Virus record (IMG/VR): IMGVR_UViG_2690316099_000002
Span: 1 to 6,127 of that record
DNA: 6,127 bases
Strand: one strand, 5' to 3'
From: a virus
Lineage: Duplodnaviria > Heunggongvirae > Uroviricota > Caudoviricetes
Made by a program: the position numbers and the translations under genes. The notes beneath the pieces are model-generated. The model was not told the DNA's origin, searched no databases, and worked only from the letters and a program-made list of their open reading frames with translations. Of this stretch, positions 6,103-6,127 are shown in pieces (the stretch's first letter is position 1; each line of letters opens with the position of its first letter).

Positions 6103-6127
6103 AAAGTGAATTTTGTGATGCGGTGAA

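Larger units (their letters stand above)
1..6127. mobile_element. Fragment of a lambdoid (Qin/Rac-like) prophage: immunity region plus replication module
   Basis: Gene content and order: divergent DicA-like and DicC-like regulators, YdaT-like protein, replication initiator, DnaC-like loaders, DicF-like sRNA. No att sites or integrase are present in the window, so the element boundaries are not visible. Confidence 0.8.

Overview
The window reads as the immunity and replication core of a lambdoid (Qin/Rac-type) enterobacterial prophage. All family assignments are from reading the translations and from memory of these families; no database search was run. A DicA-like CI-type repressor (4100..4507, +) is divergent from a DicC-like Cro-type gene (3795..4022, -). 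The minus-strand operon continues with a YdaT-like protein, a replication initiator, a full-length DnaC-like helicase loader, an N-terminally truncated DnaC paralog with its own RBS, a 138-aa hypothetical, a DUF4406-like protein and a small membrane protein. On the plus strand, dicA is followed by a putative terminator, a second operator-like inverted repeat with a candidate promoter, a YdfA-like ORF, and an AT-rich insert carrying a 212-aa ORF and a convergent 69-aa ORF that I cannot place in any family. A ~320-bp non-coding stretch follows, then a sequence matching the DicF antisense sRNA with its terminator. The most interesting items are the AT-rich two-gene insert where I would expect ydfB/ydfC, and the tandem DnaC duplication.
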